Source: Dimorphilus gyrociliatus | Lineage: Eukaryota > Animalia > Annelida | DNA length: 64,000 bases | Direction of reading: 5' to 3' | Assembly: GCA_904063045.1 (NCBI GenBank) | Contig: CAJFCJ010000005.1 | Span: forward strand, 354,003-418,002 | Shown here: positions 14,377 through 26,300 of the stretch, one piece after another | Layout: each line of letters opens with the position of its first letter | How positions within the stretch are numbered: the stretch's first letter is position 1 | Made by a program: the position numbers and the translations under genes | The notes under the pieces: generated by a model | Told to the model about the DNA's origin: nothing | The model's database searches: none | Seen by the model: only the letters and a program-made list of their open reading frames with translations

Positions 14377-15955
14377 CACGCTAAATGGATGTTTAATTCT
14401 GTTTACTAACAAAACCAGTAAAAATTCATTTTTGAAAAGAAAGTTCAATATCTCAATATAACTTTTTTATTTTTACTTGTTTGTTATTTAGTCTAAAACT
14501 CTTAAAAATTAATAATTGACCATAGCAAACATAGATAAAATATAGGCCTAACCCTTTTTTTATTAATCCTAGACCACAAGATTAACAGGAAAGAAACAAA
14601 CATGTATCTTAGTAAAAGTATGGGATTCGCCCGAGTAACGTCAAATTTAACTTTTGAAATCGATTAAGATTTCTCTAAAATACTATAGGCCTAAGTCATA
14701 AATTATTGGTGAAAATATTTTGAGGTCAAAATGTATGAGAATTCTGAGAAAAAATCTATTAAATCTATTTTGCCTTTTAATAATTTGAATAGAATGTAGA
14801 AATCATTCATAAGCATAATCTTTTGGTTGAAAATCATTTAATACGGTTCCCATTGTCTAAATGGAAAATCAAGTATGCTCACTTTATATTGATCTATAGG
14901 TACCGTTACCTTCAGAAAAAGCTTATCCTTGACTTAGGACTAGTTTACATGTTCGGCAAGTTTAATAGTGTTAGACCTTCTGATACGATATTCATAAAAA
15001 CTTATCCTAGGTTTGTATATTAACTTTCCTCTAATGAGAAATGCCTGAAATATTAAGTGATATTTGAATTATATACCGTTTGTCTTTGTATCGGCTATGA
15101 AACTTTAAGGAAAAGCAGAGGAGATTTTATAAATATAACTAAATATAATTTCTTATTGTTATTATCTAAGTTATTTATCAGTTAGTTAAAAGAGTTCATT
15201 GATAATAGTTTTTAGTTTGTTAGCTTAGATTTCTCTTCTGTTTAGAAAGATTTTTCCTGAATTATTCTCATATTCTATGTAAGAAATATCCTAAATGAGA
15301 TTTTATATCAATTAACAGATATTTTAATGTATTATTGAATATTTTATCTGTTAATCCACTTTTTTTTCTAATAGACGCCTTTTTTTATAACTAACTACCA
15401 TCTGAAAACCGAATTGTTTCTCTCAATATATACAATATATCAAAATATAGATATTTTTATGTCGATAAGAGAAAACTCTTCAACTCTCTTAGATAATGTC
15501 GATTAATTATGAATTGTATTAAGTAAATAATATAATACTACTACTAAACGTCATAATTATACTGTAATCACGTAAAAATCTATTGGATCTATTGAATATA
15601 TTGCATATAAATTATTCTATAAATTAAAGAGAGCTTCTCCATTTTGAAGGATGTATAATAAATTTTCGGAATCTGTATAGTTTTCTTCTATTTAAAAGAG
15701 TAGATTAGTAGATTATTATGGCATTTTCATGTATCTCTTAATAATAGGAAGAATGAAAATGAATGTTTGAAATATTTGTTATACATAGAATATACAGTAT
15801 ACATATTTGCATTGTTTTTAATAGCTGATTCTGTAATATTCTCCTTGAATAAAATGTTGAATAATTCTTAATTCATTTATTTATATTGACTTTTTTTAAC
15901 TGTCTTAACAGAATATTGGCCATTCCACTAACTGTTTTACTTTCGAACTGTCAAT

Positions 15956-18900
15956 ATGATTAGTAGCAGTTTCTTTGTGATATTTTTCGTTCAGATCTCT
16001 ATATTAAATTCTTGTAAGTATTAGTATTATTGATAAATAGTTTCCAAGGAAAACTTCTCCTTTTTAGATAATGTAACCGAGATATGTGGTAATAATGACT
16101 CTTTACAACCTAATGACGACTGTTTAAGAGTTTTATGGACAAACGCCGGATGTAAGGAAAGTGTATTTACTCCTAATGTGACTTGGAGGTCTATGACAAT
16201 CTTAGAAGCGTCTGATAAAATGAAAAATTTGTTTAACTCTTCAAAAGCTCACGTTCATAACTTTTTAAAAAATAGAATAGAATGCTTTGGTATAACTTCA
16301 ACTTCAGATATAAATATCCTATACGGAGTAGAACCAACCATGACTATGGCAAATGAGAATACTCTATTATCTGTTGCTCATTTAACGGACGGAATTAAAA
16401 TACCAGACATTTCTCTGGGTGGATGTTCTCATATAGCGGCTAACGTAGAAATTAAGGTGTATTCGCCAAGACTTTATATAAGAAAAGTAGTCATTTGGAC
16501 ACCTTTTACCTTAAGTATTACTTTTAAATGTTTACTCGATAATCTGATAATCCTAATCAATTTTTATTTTTCTTTTTTTTTTACTTCTTTTCATTTTAAA
16601 AGACGTTCAAACAGTAAATATATGGACTGGCTCTTCTTCAAATGTTTGCCAGAATAACGTTATTCTAAAAAATGGAACGTTTACTGAAATATTCTGCTTA
16701 AAAACAATCAACGCTTATGACAACGTGTATGTTAGATCAACCGATTCAAGTAGTCTATATATATGTGAAATTGAGGCCTATTTTGGTATAGTTTTACCTT
16801 ATTTCTCCTTATAAGAGAAATATTTGGCATATTTAAATATTTCTATAAATATTTTTCAGATAATCTTGCATATTTTAAACCAATTTGGCATACTTTAAAC
16901 GGTAAATATATGGCCCATTTTAATAGACTCGATAGAAATAAGAAAGCCTTCAAGAAACTAGATCAAAACAAATTCGTTTTAATTAATCTAGAAGCCAAGT
17001 TTAAGGTATACGCAGTTGATTTATACGATTATGTCTCAAACGGTGGTCAAATAAGTATATCGAATGAGAATCCAATTAAAACTTGGTCAAATATTAGTAA
17101 GAAAGTGTGTGATTATCTTCCAATAAGCTCTATTCGCTTGTATGGCACTACTGTTCTCTGTCAAGGCGGAGGTATTGAGGGTCAATTTGTTATTCTTGAA
17201 AAAAGAGCTAGCGAAGCAGTAGCAGAAGTAAATATAACTTCAATAGAAGTTTATGGTGATTACGTTGACAAACCCTGTAAGTTAAATAACAAAGTTAACG
17301 ATATAGTTAATAATTACTATTATGTTTACAATTTTTAAAGCAGAAAACTCTGTAGATATACTTAAAAATAAACTTTTCTGGTCCAATAAGGAAATAGGCA
17401 TTCATAAAATGTTGGATTATGGTCATAACAGTTTTCCCATCAGAAATGAAATTAGCAATGCGTGGATATACTTTGATCTTGAAGCATTATATGAAATTGA
17501 GAGTGTATCAATCTTAAATTCAAATATAAGTTAATAAATTTTCAATGTAATTAATAAAAGAATAATATACTTTATTCAATATTTTGTCAGATAATGAAAA
17601 GTGTAAGAATCTATACATATCTGTATCAAATTCAACAGTTTTCAATGATGTCGATGTCATGAATAAAGGAAAATGCTACAAGAATATTCATAAAATGTCA
17701 TGGCGTACATTCCATATGTATAAATGTGAAACTCCTAATCCAATAGGGAGATTCTTAATATGGTATTATCAAGGTGTATCGATAGTATCAATGGCTGTTG
17801 TTGAAGCATACGGAACGAAAATTATTGAAGAAAAGTTCCAGAAGATTCAATTAACAAAGGTCATTTCGAACACTGAAGATATACTCCACAAAAGTGATAT
17901 ACGTGGTGGATATCCTATAAAGATAATAGATGGAAGGCGTATTAATTACAATGCAAAAATAACATATTTTACTTGTGCCGGAATCCAACATAATTTAGAA
18001 AGTAGATTTTCAATCTACCTTCAAAATACTTACAAAGTAGAACAAGTTGTCGTTTATCCATTTCGTGAAGATGGTATGAAATATCTTTCTTTTTACGTTT
18101 CTCATTAGATAGTCTAATTAATTTTTCATTAAAGATGGTTTCAGCGATTGTTTAGTATCTGTAGAATTGATTTCAAGAGATCCAGAGAGACAAATTTGTG
18201 GTCTTTCAAACTATTATAGCTGGTCGAAAAGTTATACTCTATACTTTGATTGTTCTTTAATTGGAGATAGAATATCTTTATACAGGAGTAATGGTTCTCG
18301 AATAATAACAGTATGCGAAGTACTAGTATTTGGAAGAAATCTTACATCTGAAGAGAAATCTTGTATGATCATTATAATTATACTATTTAACTATCATCAA
18401 TCCTTTATTCCTTCTTTTTAGTTAAGAATACGATAAGATATCCGACGAAGATGATTAACCTCAACAATATAGTGACGCCCTATGAAAATACATGCTTAAT
18501 ACAAGCGTCAAATATTTTAATTCAATTTGATAATTTCTATGAAATATACGGTTTTGGATTTGACACAAATTCATCCCTACTTGGTAATAAAATAACGTTT
18601 AACGGTCTAACCGGTAAAGAAAAAATTGAATGTTCATTTTTGGACCAATACATAAGTCTCGTTCAAAACACAAGATTCTTTATTCAATGTTTCTCTGTTA
18701 TAACAGTAAAATCAATATGGATAAATTCGTCAATGAATAGTATGGCATTGTGCAATTTTTACATTGTTGTAAAAGACAATATCAATCAACAAGGTAACAC
18801 TTTATAAAAGGATTTCAATACTCTTTAATAAATTATGTTTTTTTACATCTTTATCTCTTATTAATGTTTATTGATGCAGTGGCAAACTTTTTTCAAGAAA

Positions 18901-19148
18901 AGAACAACAAATTAATAGAACCTTTGCTGATGGCATCGATATCAAATGTTACGAATTTTCTTAATTGTTATAAAAACTGTATAAATCTACCTAAATGTGA
19001 AACTGCTACATATCTTAAAGATGAACGCAAGTGTTTCTTATCAGAAGTTTCAACGTATTTAACTATGCCGGTTAATTTCACTATCGCAACAGAGTCAACT
19101 TATCAGACAAACTTTCAAATCGTGAACTCAAAAATGAACTTGTGCTAA
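15956..19148 (+). CDS. Secreted mosaic protein: signal peptide-unnamed Cys/Trp module-multiple FTP/F5/8C domains-PAN, paralog B2 (divergently oriented duplicate of B1)
   Basis: Exon 1 15956-16013 (MISSSFFVIFFVQISILNS, donor GTAAGT); exon 2 starts at 16068. Domain-by-domain similarity to B1 (GGCSHI/GGCLHI, GQFVILE in both, PNPIGR in both, CEVLVFG, C-terminal PAN). Confidence 0.75.
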
Positions 19149-19729
19149 ACAATATCATGTTTTGTATTGAAAATATTACTTGCAGATTGTTTTATAGAGA
19201 ATTCTTTCTTACTTAAGATTGGAAATACCAAAGTTCTTATTTAAAAAAGTAGAGTACATTATTGATATCCTTTGCTATTGAAATAGATTATATATTGTGT
19301 CTCTTATAGAAAAGACAATAGCAACAAATACCTATTTCCGTTGAAATTGAATATTTAATACCACGCAATAATAGATGTAGTCCTATATAGGTAACGGGTA
19401 ACGTTATATGGTTATATATTAAAAGTGTTATTTATTAATTTAGTTGTCTTGTCTACAGAACAAGCGATCGTTAGACTTTTATCGCGTTTCTTTACTGCTT
19501 AGATCAAATTAATTGATATAAAAAAAATCTTTTTATTATATTTTTAAGATGCTTGACAATTCAGAAAGCTTGAACATTGAAATAAACATAATTTCAAGTG
19601 TCTTTTATCTACAAAAAAACCCCATCAGAAATAGGTAATTGTAATTAATTAAACTATCTAGAGCACTTACTCCACATTACGGCCCGGCAAGCATACTGAT
19701 ATTTTTGAGGATTAGGTAATAATATATTA

Positions 19730-21677
19730 ATCATCCATTCGCTTGTTGCAAAATTAAAATGCCATCTATTATTATTAAATATTGATATAATAACAGCCAT
19801 AAAGCATAGTTCAAATTCAGTACAGTATTTATCATTTATCCAATTTGATATAAAATCTTCTATTTGTACTAATTCTTCGTACTTTAACTAATTTTTTTGA
19901 TATAATTAACATGATTTTTGAATGAATGAATTATTCAAAAATACTACCATTCTAAATCCAGTATCGTCATAAATTCTATGAAAGAGTTTATATACTAAAC
20001 TATTAGATCTTATATGTTTTATTAAGAAAAGTCCAATTTCATTTTTCTCCGCCGCCTAATTGATTTATTATTATTAATGACGAAAATCAATATATTTTTT
20101 ATACTTACTGAACCAATTACGTAATATTTCGAGTCAATAAATTGGCATAGATTTATAAGTCCTAAACAATAATCTCGATAATGATATTTCATACATTCTT
20201 TATACTGAAAAGGGCATTTTCGAAGAATTTTAATATAAAATCGAATAATATAGAGCCATTTATCCTCCTGTCCTTGAAACGCTGCCATTCTTTCCAATAG
20301 AGGTAAAATCTTGGTAAATTTCGTATAATCGTGCATATCAATAAGTTTACTTTCAAGAGCATTTTCTTGCGATCCAATTCGTAGTAAGATTATCTTTAAA
20401 ACGATGCATTATATATATATATATATATATAGAGTATCAAAAATCTATAAATTCGCGAATAAATCACCTTTAATAGGGTGTCCATATCTTTAGAATAGTC
20501 ATCAAACAATGTAGACAAGTCTGATAACTTTAATGTAGCTATCATTGAGCAGAGCATTTGTAAGAGTTCGTCGCAATCATTTACATATTCATCCAACGAG
20601 GCAAAATATTGCAGTTGAGAGGTTATACTCTTTGCTCTCATGTACTGAAACATTATTAAATTAGGTGGGGTTGGAGTATATATAAAAGGAACTGTACCTT
20701 TGCAGATTTAGGAAATAGATTATCTGGAAAATTTGTTAATTCATCTTTTTCAGAGTCAATGTAACATATTCTAGCATATTTTAATAATGGATGCTTTAAT
20801 ACGAAATCTCTGTAAATAACCAATAAGTTTCAAACGTATAAGATAATACTGTATACTGTATAAACTGTATGTTTATATATATATTATATATATGAAAAGT
20901 CAGAAACCTTATAATCCCAAATTCTATATAAAAACTACCTTCAATTGAAAAGATATTAAGATTATCCCATTTTGAATTATTGAAAAAATCTATCCAAATT
21001 GAATTCTCTTCCGGTTTTTTAATAGGTAAACAAGGTAGAATAATCTTTTTTAAATGTTCTAAATATCTAAGTTGATATAAATCAGTTTCATCAAATTCCA
21101 ATAATTCACAATTGAATATTAATATATTCAAATTTTTCAATAGATTTATTGTTTTTAATGAATTAACTTTTGTATATGAAATATCTAGATTTTGTAGTAA
21201 AGTTAATTGAACGGTTACTTGATGAAGGCATTTATTATCAAAATTTGAATACGCCACACAAAATGTTGTAAGTTTATTAAAACGATTTAACGTTTGAAAA
21301 ACTTCTTTACTAATTCTACATCCACTTATATTCAACGATACTAGACTTCTCTTCTCTTTTAAACATTCAAGAATATCGATAATTGACTTTTTAGTTGAAT
21401 GAACAGTTAGAGATTGAATTGAAGAATTTTTTAAAAATTCTATATCTGAATAGAAATCAATATCATCTTGAAAAATTTCCACATGACTGAGTTGACTTCT
21501 CTTTAGAATGAATAAGATAAAATTTTCAAAAAGATAATTAGCTTTCGAATGTATATGTTTAATTAATAATTCCGATGTATAATGAGGCAAAGCCAATGGA
21601 GAATTACAATAAGCAATTAATACTTCTCTTTGATTTTCCAATATAAAAGATAACACCAAATCTTTTAGGTTTTTCAT
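19730..21677 (-). CDS. ZYG11/ZER1-like LRR protein (putative CRL2 substrate receptor), copy 1; 3' end approximate
   Basis: N-terminal BC-box/Cul2-box-like MKNLKDLVLSFILEN...LPHYTSELL. ZER1-type LRRs (LVSLNISGC, LQNLDISYTKV). Next exon HPLLKYARI resembles the ZER1 post-LRR segment. Multi-exon helical C-terminus. Confidence 0.7.
20410..20431. repeat. (TA)n microsatellite within an intron
   Basis: About 11 TA units. Confidence 0.9.
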
Positions 21678-23312
21678 TTTCTTTTCTTTTTGCAAAGTTT
21701 TTTTTTTGTCTAAAAGTAAAAGAAAGAATAGTAGAATTATTTACAAAATCATACTAAATTCAATAAAACTATTTATTTAAAGATTTTAAATACCAATAGA
21801 GCATAAAAAAATTGTTTGCTACACTTTATAGGCCTATAAGACTTAATTAAGATAAGAAATGATTATTTACAAGATATTAACGGTAACAACGACAAATTAC
21901 TTACGTAAAACGTTTGAAAAATGCTGAATATATTCTAAAATAATTCAATAATGGAAGAATAAACATCAAAGTATAAATAATAGAGTTAGGATTGTTTTAA
22001 TACTTTTTCAATCATCCTCTGCTTACGTTCATTAAATTGTGGACATTGCACATATGTACAATGTAATTTTAGAACACAAGTTGATTTTATGTGCGGTACT
22101 TGAATTAATAAAGATAATTTATTAATTATTACAATTATTAATATTGATTAGAGTTATATTTTTTCATATATTTAATACCGTAATAAAGAATTTATTTTGA
22201 ATATTAATTTTGAATTTTCACTCATTTTCGGACAATTCTCTTTCTATTAAAAAATTTAACAACCCAAGCTTGTATACTTCTATTTTGAAAAGCAAAGTTG
22301 TTGAAAACTTCCGGGAATCAAAGTTCTAATATAAAAATAGTAGCATAATTCAATAGAAGGAGAAGGTGCCCCTGTGATTGTTTACTATATGAGACAGGTA
22401 TATTTTGTTTAAAAAAAGTAAATAGGCTTATTTAGAATATTATTGAAAAAGAATTGGTTGTAGGAAAATGGTATTTCCCCTACAATATTTTAAATCAATT
22501 GTTATTTTTGATAGCAACAAGCGTTTTTCATAAGATTTCTTATAGAAAGAGTTGCTATAGTACTTTTTTAAATTAACCATTGAAATATTATTTATTAAGA
22601 GAGGCTATTTCTTAAATAACAAAAGACTAAGTATTAGTCATATATCGAATTTGAATTTAAATATTTAAATATTTCAACCATTTTGTCCTAATTCTACAAA
22701 TAGATAGAGAGCTAGATATTCATACCTTTCTATAAACAGTTCATCGTTATAAGAGATAATAACAGAACTTATTAAACTAATAGCTAGATTGTAGAAATTA
22801 TGCCGTCATCTATCATAACTTTTCAACAATTCTTCTATGGAAAGTGCACAACGAGATATACATATTTGTACTCATTGGGTGTATTCTTTTGCAATTCAAA
22901 TGAACAAAAGGCTTATTGCACTGCCTACTCTATTCAAGATGTTGAATTGAATAAAAAATTCAACAAAAAAAACAGAATATTCACCAATGTACTTCCTCTT
23001 TCAGAAGTCCAGTCTGGCTTTAATACTGTACACGGCATATCTTTATATATATATATATATATTAAACTGTTAAGCACACTTCCAGGAAGCAAGGCAGCTT
23101 TCCTCAATAGTTTTTATATTCAACATATTATAGAAAGTTAGTTTTTTTTTACTGTCGGCTAGGGCTACTTTTCTATTTATAATATAAAAGAATATAGAGA
23201 GAGTATAAAGACTTACCATTTCCTGTAACAGCTTATAAGTATAAAATCATCTACGGAATCCAATTTAAAAGGGAGAAATGTAAGTTTAACACTAATTTTC
23301 AATATATTAATA

Positions 23313-26300
23313 ATGTTATTACAATATTCAAATTATGATAATTTTGTGTTTAGATTAAAAACAATTAAAATGAATTGTATAGAGAGATTAACATTCGAAT
23401 ATCATAAATATGATATAGTCAATTTTTTCTCAAATTATGATATGTTTATACAAACTTGTTTGAATCTTAATAATGCAAGTATCCTAAATAAAGTACAACT
23501 GGAACAGTTCAAAATACGTTTTAACGATGATCAGTGTAATACAGTAGAAGAGCTGATTTCTATACTCTCAAAACAATCATTACAGTTTTTAATTTCTACT
23601 TTAAATAACTTTGCACTGTTTTCTTCTATTAGTCTTGTTAATTCACTGCAAAATCAATCGGCTATATGGAAAACTCTTATTAGACTATCGAAACAGGAAA
23701 AGCGGGACAATAAATTCGTAATAGATAATCTTCAACTTGAAAATACTATAATATTATCGTATTCTGATATTAATTCTTCTATTGAAATTGTTGATTTAAA
23801 GGACAAGTCTTTACTGACGGAGGAGGAAAACTCATTATTATGGACATTTGATAATTTTGAACAGCTTTTAAGTTTAGAATTTAAAAAGGTTTTGGTTAAA
23901 AGCAGCAATTCAGCGGTTGGAAAAACTACTCAATTTAGATACATTTTACACAGTTGGGCGAATGATAAATGGACGCATATTGTTGACAATTTATTGATTC
24001 AACTTGTTCTGAAAGATTTAAAAGAAGGCCAAGATATCTATGACGCCATTTTGGAACAGAATTTCAATAATATCAAATGGATGACAAAAGAAATTATCAT
24101 TTCGTTTTTCGTCGAAAGAAAACGAGATATTATCTTATTATTAGACGGAGCAGATGAATTTAATGATAAAGATTCAAAGATAAAGAGTATAATTGAGAAA
24201 CCTTTCGACGAATTAAAAACGATTGTATGGTCAAGAGAATGGAAAGTAAACGATTATTTACAAACTTTCGACATTACCTTTCAACTTAATGGTTGGAATA
24301 GTCAACATCTAAAGTATATTTTAGTTAAATATTTCTCCAATAATGACATTTCAAATGAATTTGTCGATTCAGTTTTAAAACAACACGTATTTCTAAATAA
24401 ATTAAGTTCTATTCCATCATTAGCCTTAATGATGTTTATTGTTTGGATAAATAATAAACAACTTTGGAATTGCGTTATTTCAGTATTCTATCATAATTTA
24501 ATATCATATTTTCAAGTGAAAGATAATATCAATTCGAAAGATAACGAGATTACAATGGAATACATCTTTAGAATTTGTTTTGAACAGTTGGGTGAAGAAA
24601 TCAATACAATATGTACAGAAACAGTAAATATATGTAATTTGAAACTATGTTTGGGTAATTTCTTTCAAATTCTTCCAAATACGAATTCCAATTCAAAGAT
24701 AATGGCTATAAAATTTATTCATTCATCCTTTCAAGAGTTCTTTGCCGCTAAATTCCTTATTCGCCAGCATAGAATATTTACGGACGATTGTAGCGATTGT
24801 CAAATCGCTTCGCGTTTAATAAATAGATTGAAAAAAGATAAAAAAGTTCAAGTATTTTCAAACGTTCTTGGATTTGTAGGAATGGAGAATAAGTACTTGT
24901 TGGAAGAAATTTTAAAATCATCACAAATTCACGATTTATATTCTTGTAGTAAAACTATTAAGAAAATCCTACAAAATCAATTAACTAGTAATGAAAATTC
25001 ATTAATATTAAAGGATGAAACTATTAACGATATCATTCTGATTCTATTATTAAAAGCAGTTAAAAATAGTTTGGAGCATATATTTTTGGATAATATTGAA
25101 TTAAATTATGAAAAATTCTTTATATATTTAACAAAATACTCTGATAAAATTAAAAATATGTCCATTATTTATCCAAAGAGACTATTCAATAATAATTATA
25201 AATTTGAACATTTACTTGAATTTCTAAGTCATATGAAATCTGTTCAATCTTTAACCTTTTCTACTAAAAGTTTCTACAATTGTGATACATTTATTATATC
25301 TCTTTTACAATATTGTCAAAATTTAAAGGTTATGCAATTGGAAAATTGCCATTTTCTACAATCTTTACCAATTGGAGAGGATAGTAAGATTGATTGTTAT
25401 TATTTTAAAACTCTATACATAGAGAGTTATCATAAAGTGAATGATCGAGTTAACGTCACTCTGGAAAATTGTAAAATTTACGATCATGAACTGCAAATGA
25501 TAACTAAATATATTAGTAATTGTAATTGTATAAAGACGATAAGATTTTTCGGAAACAATACTTCAGCAGCAGGATATCGATTTATATTCAATTCATTAAT
25601 GAATTCATTCAAAAATCTATCTTGCATTGAAATTATTGGCAATAATTTATTCGAAAATTCTGCAATTGAACTTGCCAAATTATTAAAGAAATGTTCTAAT
25701 TTGGAAAAAATCGATTTTACTGGAAATCGACAAATGAATGAAGGCTTCAACGATATTTTAGAATCTCTCTGTAAATCTAAATATTCTCTAAAACATTTAA
25801 TTCTAGAAGATTGCGACGTTAATCCTTTTCAAGCTAGAAGTTTAGGAGATACGTTAAAGTCTTGTATGTTTCTCGAAACATTAAATTTAAAGGGAAATTA
25901 TAGAATGGACTATGGAATTAATTATATTTTCGATTCAATTCTACATTTGGGGCAATATTTGAAAACTTTAAATCTAATGAATTGTCAACTAAACTCCTAT
26001 CAAGCTCATAAATTGGGAAATATTCTAACGAATATGAGTAATCTCAATACTTTAAATTTACAACAGAATCCTTGCCTGGAAATAGGCTTTAAGGATATTT
26101 TAGAATCATTTTCTCAATGTTCAAGTAAACTAACTATATTAAACTTTGATTATATTAACTTGAAAGAGAAAAATGCGACTTTGTTAAGTAATGTACTAGT
26201 ATCGTTCGTTTCGCTACAAACTTTAAACTTAAGAGGCAATAGACAGATGAATGAAGGATTGAACGATATTTTCAAATCATTGATACATGTTGGAAAGACT

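Noticed and set aside
25484-25750. Antisense ORF within the NLR
   Set aside because: Short, no motifs; shadow of the LRR coding sequence.
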